Source of the DNA: Caldimonas sp.
GTDB taxonomy: Bacteria > Pseudomonadota > Gammaproteobacteria > Burkholderiales > Burkholderiaceae_C
Direction: 5' to 3'
Assembly: GCA_039936375.1 (NCBI GenBank)
Contig: JBDTIO010000221.1
Location: forward strand, 1 to 35,881
Length of the DNA stretch: 35,881 nucleotides
The notes under the pieces were generated by a model. It was not told the origin of the DNA. It did not search any database and saw nothing but the letters and a program-made list of their open reading frames with translations. The translations under genes and the position numbers were made by a program. Below are positions 18,562 to 26,496 of this stretch, piece by piece; positions within the stretch are counted from its first letter, which is position 1; each line of letters opens with the position of its first letter.

Positions 18562-19974
18562 ATGAGCCGTACCCGAGCCATCAACGAGGTGCTGGCGTCG
18601 TTCGACGACGGTCGCTTTCTCGCCACGCTCGCGCGCCGGGTGGGCTTTCGCACGGAAAGCCAGGACCCGGCGAGCGGACCAATACTGCGCTCTTACTTGA
18701 GCGACGAGATCGCGACCAGCCTGGCCGCGCTCGGCTTCACGAGTTGCATCGTCGACAACCCGGCTTCGGAGCGGAGCGCGTTCCTGCTCGCCGAGCGGAT
18801 CGAGCCGGGTGCCGCCTTCACGCTGTTGACCTACGGCCATGGCGACGTCGTGCGCGGCTACGACGCGCAGTGGGCCGCGGGCCGCAGCCCCTGGACCATC
18901 AGCGTCGAAGGCAACCGCTGGTACGGCCGCGGCACGGCCGACAACAAGGGCCAGCACACGATCAACTTCGCGGCGCTCGAGCAGGTGCTCGGTGCGCGCG
19001 CTGGGCGCCTGGGCTACAACGTCAAGGTCATCCTCGAGACGGGCGAGGAAACCGGCTCGCCCGGGCTCGGCGCGATGTGCGCACGGCATCGCGACGCGCT
19101 CGCCGCCGACGTGTTCCTCGCTTCCGACGGGCCGCGCGTGAGTGCCTCACGGCCGACGATGTTCCTCGGCTCGCGCGGCGTCTGCAATTTCGACCTGCAC
19201 GTGAAGCTGCGCGAAGGCGGCCACCACTCGGGCAACTGGGGCGGCCTCTTGCGCAACCCCGGCGTTCGCCTCGCGCACGCCATCGCGAGCTTGATCGATG
19301 CGCACGGGCGCATCCTGGTGCCGGGGCTCTGCCCCGCTGCGCTTCCCGAGAGCGTGCGTGCGGCGCTGAAAGACATTCAGGTCGGCGGCGGCGCCGGCGA
19401 CCCGGAGGTCGACACCGACTGGGGCGAGCCGGGGCTGAGCCCCGCCGAGCGCGTGTTCGCCTGGAACACCCTGGAGGTGCTCGCCTTCACGACCGGCAAC
19501 CCGGCGATGCCGGTCAACGCCATTCCGCCGGAGGCGAGGGCCCACTGCCAGATGCGCTTCGTCGTCGGCAGCGACGCGGCGAGCCTGCTGGCGCAGATCG
19601 AGGCGCATCTCGTCGCGAGCGGCTTTGGCGATGTCGAGCTGCGCGCCAGCGGCACGCCGATGGCGGCGACGCGGCTCGACCCCGAGGACGAATGGGTGCG
19701 CTGGGGCGTGAGGTCGATCCAGCGCAGCACCGGCGCCCGCCCGGCGCTGCTACCCAACATCGGCGGCTCGCTGCCGAACGACGTGTTCGCGCAGACGCTC
19801 GGCCTGCCGACGTTGTGGGTGCCGCATTCGTACCCGGCCTGCTCGCAGCACGCGCCCAACGAGCACATCCTGGCCGACGTGACGCGCGAGGCGCTTCAGA
19901 TCATGGCGGGAATGTTCTGGGACCTGGGCGAAGAAGGAGCCGGCGTCATGAGCGCGCGGGCAGGAGGCCGCTGA
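18562..19974 (+). CDS. M20 family metallopeptidase
   Basis: YGHGDVV, YGRGTADNKGQH, GEETGS, HSGNWGG, QHAPNEH. Confidence 0.93.
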   Translation: MSRTRAINEVLASFDDGRFLATLARRVGFRTESQDPASGPILRSYLSDEIATSLAALGFTSCIVDNPASERSAFLLAERIEPGAAFTLLTYGHGDVVRGYDAQWAAGRSPWTISVEGNRWYGRGTADNKGQHTINFAALEQVLGARAGRLGYNVKVILETGEETGSPGLGAMCARHRDALAADVFLASDGPRVSASRPTMFLGSRGVCNFDLHVKLREGGHHSGNWGGLLRNPGVRLAHAIASLIDAHGRILVPGLCPAALPESVRAALKDIQVGGGAGDPEVDTDWGEPGLSPAERVFAWNTLEVLAFTTGNPAMPVNAIPPEARAHCQMRFVVGSDAASLLAQIEAHLVASGFGDVELRASGTPMAATRLDPEDEWVRWGVRSIQRSTGARPALLPNIGGSLPNDVFAQTLGLPTLWVPHSYPACSQHAPNEHILADVTREALQIMAGMFWDLGEEGAGVMSARAGGR

Positions 19975-20875
19975 CGGCCCGCGGCTCGACGTCGCGAGCC
20001 ATCCCGCGCAGGTCTTCGGTGGTCTCGCCGCGACCGTCGGGCCGCCAGCCTGGTGGCTTGACCAGATAGCCCCAAGTCTCGCGCGCCGAGCGCGCCGAGC
20101 GCAGGTCGCGCCACAGCGCGCGCCACTGATGGAACTCGACGACGAAGAGGTTGTAGCTCGTCATCGGCTTGACCAGGCCGTAGCGGCACGGTACGTCGGC
20201 GCGCTCGGCGATGTAGGTACCGAAGAGGCGATCGAACACGATCAGCACACCACCGTAGTTGCCGTCGAGGTATTCGAGGTTGGCCGCGTGGTGCACGCGA
20301 TGCGCCGAGGGCGTGTTGAGGATCCACTCGAGCGGGCCGAGGCGCGGAATCCAGGTCGCGTGGATCCAGAACTGGTAGAGCAGGTTGAGCGAAAGCAGCA
20401 TCAGAACAATGCGCGGCGGCATGCCGAGCAGTGGTGCGAGCATGAAGAAGGCGAGCGTGCCGGTGAGCTTGCCCGTCCAGCCGAAACGGTAGGCCGCCGA
20501 GAGGTTGAGCTGGTTCGGCGAGTGGTGGATGGCGTGCGTGCACCAGAACCAGCGCACCCGATGTGCGGCGCGGTGGTACCCGTAGTAGCAGAGCTCGGCG
20601 CCGACGAAACAGGCGGCCCAGCCCGTCCAGTGATTCATCGGCAAGGTCCATAGGCGGTGCTGCCAGAACCAGCCCATCCCATCGACCCAGAAGGCGAGCG
20701 GCAGCAGGAAGCGCAACGGGTATTCGCGCACCAGGAAATCGACCACCGACACGCCGGAGGCTTTCCAGTCGTAGCTGTGCCAGCCGTTCTTGAAGGAGAG
20801 CACCAGCGCCTCGAGCAACGAAGACGCCAACACCGTGACGACAGCGACCTTGAGGATCGTGAACAACAAGTCCAT
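19946..20875 (-). CDS. Sterol desaturase / fatty acid hydroxylase family membrane protein
   Basis: His boxes YHRAAH, HAIHHS, FWIH, HRVHH, and NYGG..FDRLFGT. Confidence 0.93.
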   Translation of the reverse strand: MDLLFTILKVAVVTVLASSLLEALVLSFKNGWHSYDWKASGVSVVDFLVREYPLRFLLPLAFWVDGMGWFWQHRLWTLPMNHWTGWAACFVGAELCYYGYHRAAHRVRWFWCTHAIHHSPNQLNLSAAYRFGWTGKLTGTLAFFMLAPLLGMPPRIVLMLLSLNLLYQFWIHATWIPRLGPLEWILNTPSAHRVHHAANLEYLDGNYGGVLIVFDRLFGTYIAERADVPCRYGLVKPMTSYNLFVVEFHQWRALWRDLRSARSARETWGYLVKPPGWRPDGRGETTEDLRGMARDVEPRAVSGLLPARS

Positions 20876-20964
20876 GGCGAGATTTCTTGCGACGCCAGCC
20901 GACGGGCCAGCCCACGATGGCTCGCAGCCTACGGTCGCCGGGCCGGTGGCGGCAAGCGGGCAGG

Positions 20965-20995
20965 GACGAAACGATGCCGCCCGGGGGCGAACCGC
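20965..20995 (-). promoter_or_regulatory. Putative LytTR (AlgR-like) direct-repeat operator
   Basis: Minus strand gcggttcgcc-N11-tcgtttcgtc, 21-bp period, upstream of the desaturase. Confidence 0.5.
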
Positions 20996-21007
20996 GGCGC
21001 GGCGACG

Positions 21008-21727
21008 CTACGGGCGCTGTTGCAGCACCTGCAACAGGGCGGCGCGATGCTGTCGGCTGCACGGCACCTCGGCGCCGCTCTTCAGCAGAACCGTTGCATC
21101 GCCGCCCTTGCCGCGCGGCTGCAACGCCTGCACGCAGGCGAGCGCGACGGCGGCGCTGCGATGCGAGCGCACGAAGGCCGGCGCCAGGTCGGCGAGCAGC
21201 GACTCGAGCGTGCGGCGCAGCAGCAGCGTCTTGCCGCTCGCGTGCACGGTGACGTAGTTGTCGGCCGACTGCAGCCATTCGATGTCGGCGACGCGCACGA
21301 CGTGCGTGGCACCGCGATCGACGATCAGCAGCTGCGCGGGCGGCGCCCCCGCGCTGGGCCGCCCTGCGGAGTGCGCCGACGACGCGCGCAGGCGCTGCAG
21401 GGTGCGTTCCAGGCGCTCGGGCTCGATCGGCTTGAGCAGGTAGTCGGACGCGTGTGTGTCGAACGCGCGCAGTGCGTAGCGATCGAAGGCGGTCACGAAG
21501 ACGAGTGCCGGCCCGCCGTCGGGCAGCGAGGCGGCGACGTCGAAACCGTCAACCTCGGGCATCTGCACGTCGAGGAAGATCACGTCGGGTTGCAGCTCGG
21601 CGGCGAGGGCGAGGGCGGCGCCGCCATCGGCCGCTTCGCCCACCACCTCGACATCGGCGTAGGCCGCGAGCATGCGCCGCAGCTTTTGGCGCGCCGGCGC
21701 TTCGTCGTCGACGATCAGAGCGCGCAC
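21008..21727 (-). CDS. LytTR family response regulator
   Basis: GTG 21727: RALIVDDEAPAR, IFLDVQMP, FVTAFDRYA, DYLLKP; LytTR domain SADNYV, FVRSHRS. Confidence 0.95.
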   Translation of the reverse strand: MRALIVDDEAPARQKLRRMLAAYADVEVVGEAADGGAALALAAELQPDVIFLDVQMPEVDGFDVAASLPDGGPALVFVTAFDRYALRAFDTHASDYLLKPIEPERLERTLQRLRASSAHSAGRPSAGAPPAQLLIVDRGATHVVRVADIEWLQSADNYVTVHASGKTLLLRRTLESLLADLAPAFVRSHRSAAVALACVQALQPRGKGGDATVLLKSGAEVPCSRQHRAALLQVLQQRP

Positions 21728-22803
21728 GGCAGCTCCACGCGCGCGATCAGGCCGCCGCCCGGCCGAAGGCGCAGCGTCAGGCTCGCCTGCGCGCCATGCA
21801 GCGATTGCAGCCGTCGCTCGAGGTTTCCGAGGCCGACGCCGCGCGACGGCGGCAGCGCCTGCAGGTTGCCGTCGTCCTCGATCTCGACGACCAGCTTGCC
21901 TGCTTCGCATGCAGCGCGAATCGACACCTGCGTCGGCTCGCGACGCTTCTCGACGACATGACGAAAGCAGTTCTCCAGCAGCGGCTGCAGCCCGAGCGTG
22001 GGCACGTGGCAATGTGCCGCGCCAGGGTCGACCTGCCAGCGGATCTCGACGCGATCGGCGAAGCGCTGCACCATGATGTCGGCATAGGCCTGCAGCAGCG
22101 CCAGCTCGTCGGCCAGCGGCTGCTCGGGGCGCTGGCTCGCGTCGGTGGCGGCACGCAGCAAGGTGGCCAGGCGGGTGAGCAGCGTGTCGGCCAGGTCGGG
22201 GTCGGTATGGATCAGCGACGAGACGGTGTTCAACGCGTTGAACAGGAAGTGCGGCTGCATCTGTTGCGTCAACTGGGCGAGCTGTGCCTGCTGCGCCAGA
22301 CGCGACTGCTGCTCGGTGCGCAGCCGCTCGATCGCCCAGGCCCGGTAAGAGCGCTGGCCGAACTGGATGCCGCCCAGCAGCGCGTAGTACAGGATGAACT
22401 TGGCCGCCTCGTAGGCCAGCACCTCCGAGCGCAGGTCGAGCCGGTATGGCACCCCGGCGAGCGAATAGAGGAGGAAGCGCAGCCCGTACAGCGCCGCGAT
22501 GAAGCCGACCAGTTGCAGCGGCATCCACGCCCACATGCGGGCGAACCAGCGCACGGGCTGGCCGAGCAGATCGTCGAAGCGCGGCGAGCGCCTGATCTGC
22601 ACGGCGGCCAGCGCGGTGGCCAGGAGCGCGCTGGTGCCGTAGTCGACGAGCGGCCGCCAGAGCTGCCTTCCGCCGGACCACAGGTATTCCTGGATGCCGA
22701 GCAGGAACAGCAGCAGCCAGAAGGCGAGCCAGACCCACAGCAGGCGCCGCCACAGGTGCGCGGGCCGGGCGCCGACGCCGATCGACTCAGCAACGGTATT
22801 CAT
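21715..22803 (-). CDS. LytS/YehU-type sensor histidine kinase
   Basis: TM helices; QMQPHFLFNALN, LQPLLEN, IEDDG, GVGLGNLERRL. Start is 22803 or 22815. Confidence 0.93.
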   Translation of the reverse strand: MNTVAESIGVGARPAHLWRRLLWVWLAFWLLLFLLGIQEYLWSGGRQLWRPLVDYGTSALLATALAAVQIRRSPRFDDLLGQPVRWFARMWAWMPLQLVGFIAALYGLRFLLYSLAGVPYRLDLRSEVLAYEAAKFILYYALLGGIQFGQRSYRAWAIERLRTEQQSRLAQQAQLAQLTQQMQPHFLFNALNTVSSLIHTDPDLADTLLTRLATLLRAATDASQRPEQPLADELALLQAYADIMVQRFADRVEIRWQVDPGAAHCHVPTLGLQPLLENCFRHVVEKRREPTQVSIRAACEAGKLVVEIEDDGNLQALPPSRGVGLGNLERRLQSLHGAQASLTLRLRPGGGLIARVELPCAL

Positions 22804-22996
22804 GCGCAAAGGCATACTTCCTGATGGCTGCGGATCCGAGCGCGCCATTGTCAGTCGGCATCGTTCCCAATACATCAGCCGCAGGCCATGATCACGCTCG
22901 AAGATCTGCCGACCCTCCTCGCCTTCGGTTCGGCGCCACCCGACTCGTTGCTTGAACTGCGGAGCTGTCGCCGTCGGAACTACCAAGGACTTTCAC

Positions 22997-23581
22997 ATGA
23001 CACTGAAGCAGAACCTCGCCTGCATGCTCGCCCTGGTGGTCACGACGACCACCGCATTCGCGGCCCTGAAGGAAGGTGAGCGGGCGCCGGCGTTCACGTT
23101 GCAGGCATCGCTGGCGGGCAAGGCCTTCACCTACTCGCTGAAGGAGCACCTGGCCCAGGGGCTCGTCGTCGTCTACTTCTACCCTTCAGCCTACACCGAG
23201 GGGTGCGACATCGAGGCCCACGACTACTCGGCGAACGTCGACAAGTTCGCCGCGGCGGGCGCGAGCGTGGTGGGCGTCTCGCTCGACGGCATCGAGCGCC
23301 TGAACACCTTCTCCGCCGATCCCGACTACTGCGCCGGCAAGCTCGCCGTGGCTTCCGACGCCGATGGCAGCACCGCCCGCGCTTTCGACCTGAAAGTGGT
23401 CGGCGCGCATGCTGGCGACAAGGACGCCCGCGGCCTGGAGATCGGCCACGGCTACACGCAGCGCACGACCTTCATCGTCAGGCGCGACGGCACGATTGCG
23501 GCCGCGGTGGGCGGGGTGTCGCCGGAGGAAAACGTCAAGCGGGCGCTCGCGTTGGTGCAGAAGATGTCGACGGTGCATTGA
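22997..23581 (+). CDS. Exported peroxiredoxin (BCP-like)
   Basis: RBS AAGGA; signal peptide; YFYPSAYTEGC (PxxxTxxC); RTTFIV. Confidence 0.9.
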   Translation: MTLKQNLACMLALVVTTTTAFAALKEGERAPAFTLQASLAGKAFTYSLKEHLAQGLVVVYFYPSAYTEGCDIEAHDYSANVDKFAAAGASVVGVSLDGIERLNTFSADPDYCAGKLAVASDADGSTARAFDLKVVGAHAGDKDARGLEIGHGYTQRTTFIVRRDGTIAAAVGGVSPEENVKRALALVQKMSTVH

Positions 23582-23632
23582 TCCTCGAGTACCGCATCCG
23601 TTCCATCCCAGACAGGCCATCACTGCCGCACC

Positions 23633-24673
23633 ATGACGCAACCGATCGACCTGCGCTCCGACACCGTCACCCGCCCCACCGATGCGATGCGCGCCGCGAT
23701 GGCCGCGGCGCCGGTGGGTGACGATCAGTACGGCGAAGATCCGACGACCAACCTGCTGCAGTCGCGCCTGGCCGAGCTGCTGGGCAAGGAAGCCGCGCTG
23801 TGGCTGCCTTCGGGAACGATGGCCAACCAGGTGGCCCTGCGTGTGTTGACGCGGCCGGGCGACGAGGTGATCGCATCGCGCGAGTCGCATGCGGCGTGGC
23901 ACGAGGCCGGCGGCGCGGCGGCCAATGCAGGCGTTCAGATCCACGAGATCGGCCACGCTGGAACGTTCAGCACCGAAGAGATGCTGGCCGCGATCAAGCC
24001 GCGCAACTTCTCGATCTTTCCGGGCACCACGCTCGTCGAGGTGGAGAACACCCACAACCGCGCTGGCGGCGTGGTGGTGCCGCAGGCCGAGGTGCAGCGC
24101 ATCTGCGCCGCTGCGCGCGAGCAGGGACTGGCCAGCTTCCTCGACGGCGCGCGGCTGTGGAATGCGAGCATCGCCAGCGGCCTTTCGCCGGCCACGCTGG
24201 CGGCACCTTTCGACCTGGTCGCGGTGGCTTTCTCCAAGGGCCTGGGTGCGCCCGGCGGCTCGCTGCTGGCCGGCAGCAGGGCGTTGATCCAGTCCGCCGA
24301 CCGCCACCGTCGGCGCCTGGGCGGTGCGATGCGGCAAACGGGAATCTTCGCCGCAGCCGCGCTGCATGGCCTGGATCATCACTTCGCGCGACTGCGCGAA
24401 GACCACGGCAACGCGCGGTCCTTTGCCGAACGGCTGGCGGCCCGCGCACCGGTGCTGCTGGACCTGGCCACCGTGCAGACCAACATCGTTGTCTTTCATC
24501 TGCCACCGGCGCTGGCGATCGATGCCCCGACGCTGACCGCACGGGCGCGCGAGCACGGCGTCTTGTTGAATGCCTTCGGGCCGCGCACGGTGCGCGCCGT
24601 GACGCATCTGGACGTCAACGGCGCGCACTGCGCGCGGGCGGCGCAGGTTCTGGTGAGCTTGCTTGCGGACTGA
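23633..24673 (+). CDS. ltaE: Low-specificity L-threonine aldolase family
   Basis: [53 protein letters not shown] (PLP lysine). Confidence 0.92.
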   Translation: MTQPIDLRSDTVTRPTDAMRAAMAAAPVGDDQYGEDPTTNLLQSRLAELLGKEAALWLPSGTMANQVALRVLTRPGDEVIASRESHAAWHEAGGAAANAGVQIHEIGHAGTFSTEEMLAAIKPRNFSIFPGTTLVEVENTHNRAGGVVVPQAEVQRICAAAREQGLASFLDGARLWNASIASGLSPATLAAPFDLVAVAFSKGLGAPGGSLLAGSRALIQSADRHRRRLGGAMRQTGIFAAAALHGLDHHFARLREDHGNARSFAERLAARAPVLLDLATVQTNIVVFHLPPALAIDAPTLTARAREHGVLLNAFGPRTVRAVTHLDVNGAHCARAAQVLVSLLAD

Positions 24674-24739
24674 GCCCCGGCCGCAGGCACTGATGGGTCG
24701 GCATCAGTGTGGCGAACACCATCTCAGGAGGATAGGGCG

Positions 24740-25561
24740 ATGCGCATCGCAAGCGTGGGTCATGCAGTCTTTGCGGCGACCCTGATCGCCCTCGGAATCC
24801 TGGGCCTGATCAACGGCGATTTCGCTCCGGTATGGCAGCCGGTACCCAAGGGTGTGCCGGCGCGCGAGGGCTTGGCCTATCTCTGCGCCTTCATCTCTCT
24901 CGCATCTGGCATCGGCCTGCTCTGGCAGCGCGCAACCGCCGCCGCTGCCCGCGTCCTGCTCGCCTACCTTCTGCTCTGGATGCTGGTGTTCAGAGTGCCC
25001 GACATCTTCCGCGCGCCCGCTGCGCAGGATTCCTGGTCAGGCTGCGGAGAGATCGCGGTGATGGTGGCGGGCGCTTGGGTCCTGTATGCCTGGTTCGCCG
25101 CTGACTGGGACAGGCAGCACCTCGGCTTCGCCACAGGCGACAAGGGTTTGCGCGTCGCGAGGGTGTTCTACGGTCTGGCAATGATTCCCTTCGGCGTGGC
25201 CCATTTCGCCTATCTGCAGGAGACCGCCGCGCTGGTGCCCGGCTGGCTGCCATCGCACATGGCCTGGGCGTACTTCACCGGCTGTGCCTACCTCGCGGCG
25301 GGCGCGGCGGTGCTGATCGGTGTGTGTGCACGGCTGGCAGCCGCGCTCTCGGCGTTGCAGATGGGCTTGTTCACGCTGCTGGTGTGGATACCCATCGTGG
25401 CGGCGGGCCACCCCAACGCCTTCCAGTGGAGCGAGACCGTCATCTCCATTGCCCTGACGGCCGCCGCCTGGGTCGTGGCGGATTCCTATCGTGGCATAGG
25501 GTGGCTCGCCGTGAACAAGCGCTGGCACAGGCGCGGCAATCGTCGACTTACAAGCCTCTGA
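24740..25561 (+). CDS. DoxX-like multi-pass membrane protein (two internal halves)
   Basis: RBS AGGAGG; about 8 hydrophobic segments; [22 protein letters not shown]. Confidence 0.75.
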   Translation: MRIASVGHAVFAATLIALGILGLINGDFAPVWQPVPKGVPAREGLAYLCAFISLASGIGLLWQRATAAAARVLLAYLLLWMLVFRVPDIFRAPAAQDSWSGCGEIAVMVAGAWVLYAWFAADWDRQHLGFATGDKGLRVARVFYGLAMIPFGVAHFAYLQETAALVPGWLPSHMAWAYFTGCAYLAAGAAVLIGVCARLAAALSALQMGLFTLLVWIPIVAAGHPNAFQWSETVISIALTAAAWVVADSYRGIGWLAVNKRWHRRGNRRLTSL

Positions 25562-25693
25562 ACGAAAGCGCGACTCCGATCACCCCAAGAGCTTCGTATC
25601 CTCGACGATGCGTACCGTCGTTTGTCTTGCCGGCACCCCCTGTTCACGGGGGCTGCGATCGCCATGAACCGGTTTCGGCTCCTACAATTGCGT

Positions 25694-25721
25694 GCCGAAT
25701 CGGAACTCTTTCCGATTCGGC
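25694..25721. promoter_or_regulatory. Perfect 12-bp inverted repeat upstream of the PEP-CTERM gene
   Basis: gccgaatcggaa-ctct-ttccgattcggc, 5 nt after TACAAT (25683-25688). Confidence 0.55.
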
Positions 25722-25778
25722 GTTCTTTCGAATGCCGCTCGCCGATGCGAGGAGACGACCGAGGTAGCAACCGTGTGG

Positions 25779-26426
25779 ATGACCCGCGCTAGACATGTTT
25801 TTTCCGTCGTCCTGCTGGCTGTGGCGGCGACGCTCGGCAGTACCGGATCGGCCCAAGCCGCGCTCTACAGCGGTAGGTGGGACCCCTCGTACGGTTCGAT
25901 CTTCCCGAGCCTGGGCTGGGAGGCATCGGCGGTCTTCGACGTTCCGGACGGTTGCCTCGCCCTGGGTAACGGCAACAATATTCCGATCAACGGCAGTTGC
26001 GCCAGCTTCAGCGTCGTCAGCGCCGAGGTCGGCCTCTACAACGTCGCCAGCCCGAGCACGATCCTCCAGTCGTTCGACCTGGACACGAACGTCATCGTCA
26101 ACGGGATCAACATCGCCGGCGGCCAGCTGACCGGAATCGACACCGGCTTCTTCGACTTCTTCGTGCCGGCGCTGCCCATTGCAGGAAGCGGCGACTATTC
26201 GTTCAGCCTGATCCTGTTCGGCGGCGACAAGGCGCAGCTGATCTATGCCGATCCGACGGCGACGTCGCCCGGGTGCGCCTTTCTTTCGGTCGACGGCGCC
26301 AGCTGTGGTGTCTCGGCTGTCGCAGCCACGGGCGTGTTCGCACCCATTCCCGAGCCCGGGACATACGCCCTGATGCTCGCCGGCCTGGGCGCCATCGCCT
26401 TCGCCGTCCGCAGACGCCGCCGCTAG
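25779..26426 (+). CDS. PEP-CTERM sorting domain surface protein
   Basis: Signal peptide ending SAQA; C-terminus IPEPGTYALMLAGLGAIAFAVRRRRR. Confidence 0.93.
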   Translation: MTRARHVFSVVLLAVAATLGSTGSAQAALYSGRWDPSYGSIFPSLGWEASAVFDVPDGCLALGNGNNIPINGSCASFSVVSAEVGLYNVASPSTILQSFDLDTNVIVNGINIAGGQLTGIDTGFFDFFVPALPIAGSGDYSFSLILFGGDKAQLIYADPTATSPGCAFLSVDGASCGVSAVAATGVFAPIPEPGTYALMLAGLGAIAFAVRRRRR

Positions 26427-26496
26427 CGGCATCTTGGATCGCGGGTCTCAGGGCGACCCGCGCCTTTCGAGGCAGTTCTCGGGTGCCTCGCTCGAC

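Noticed and set aside
19946-19974. 29-nt convergent overlap of the M20 peptidase and desaturase 3' ends
   Set aside because: Common in GC-rich genomes, with no evidence of function.
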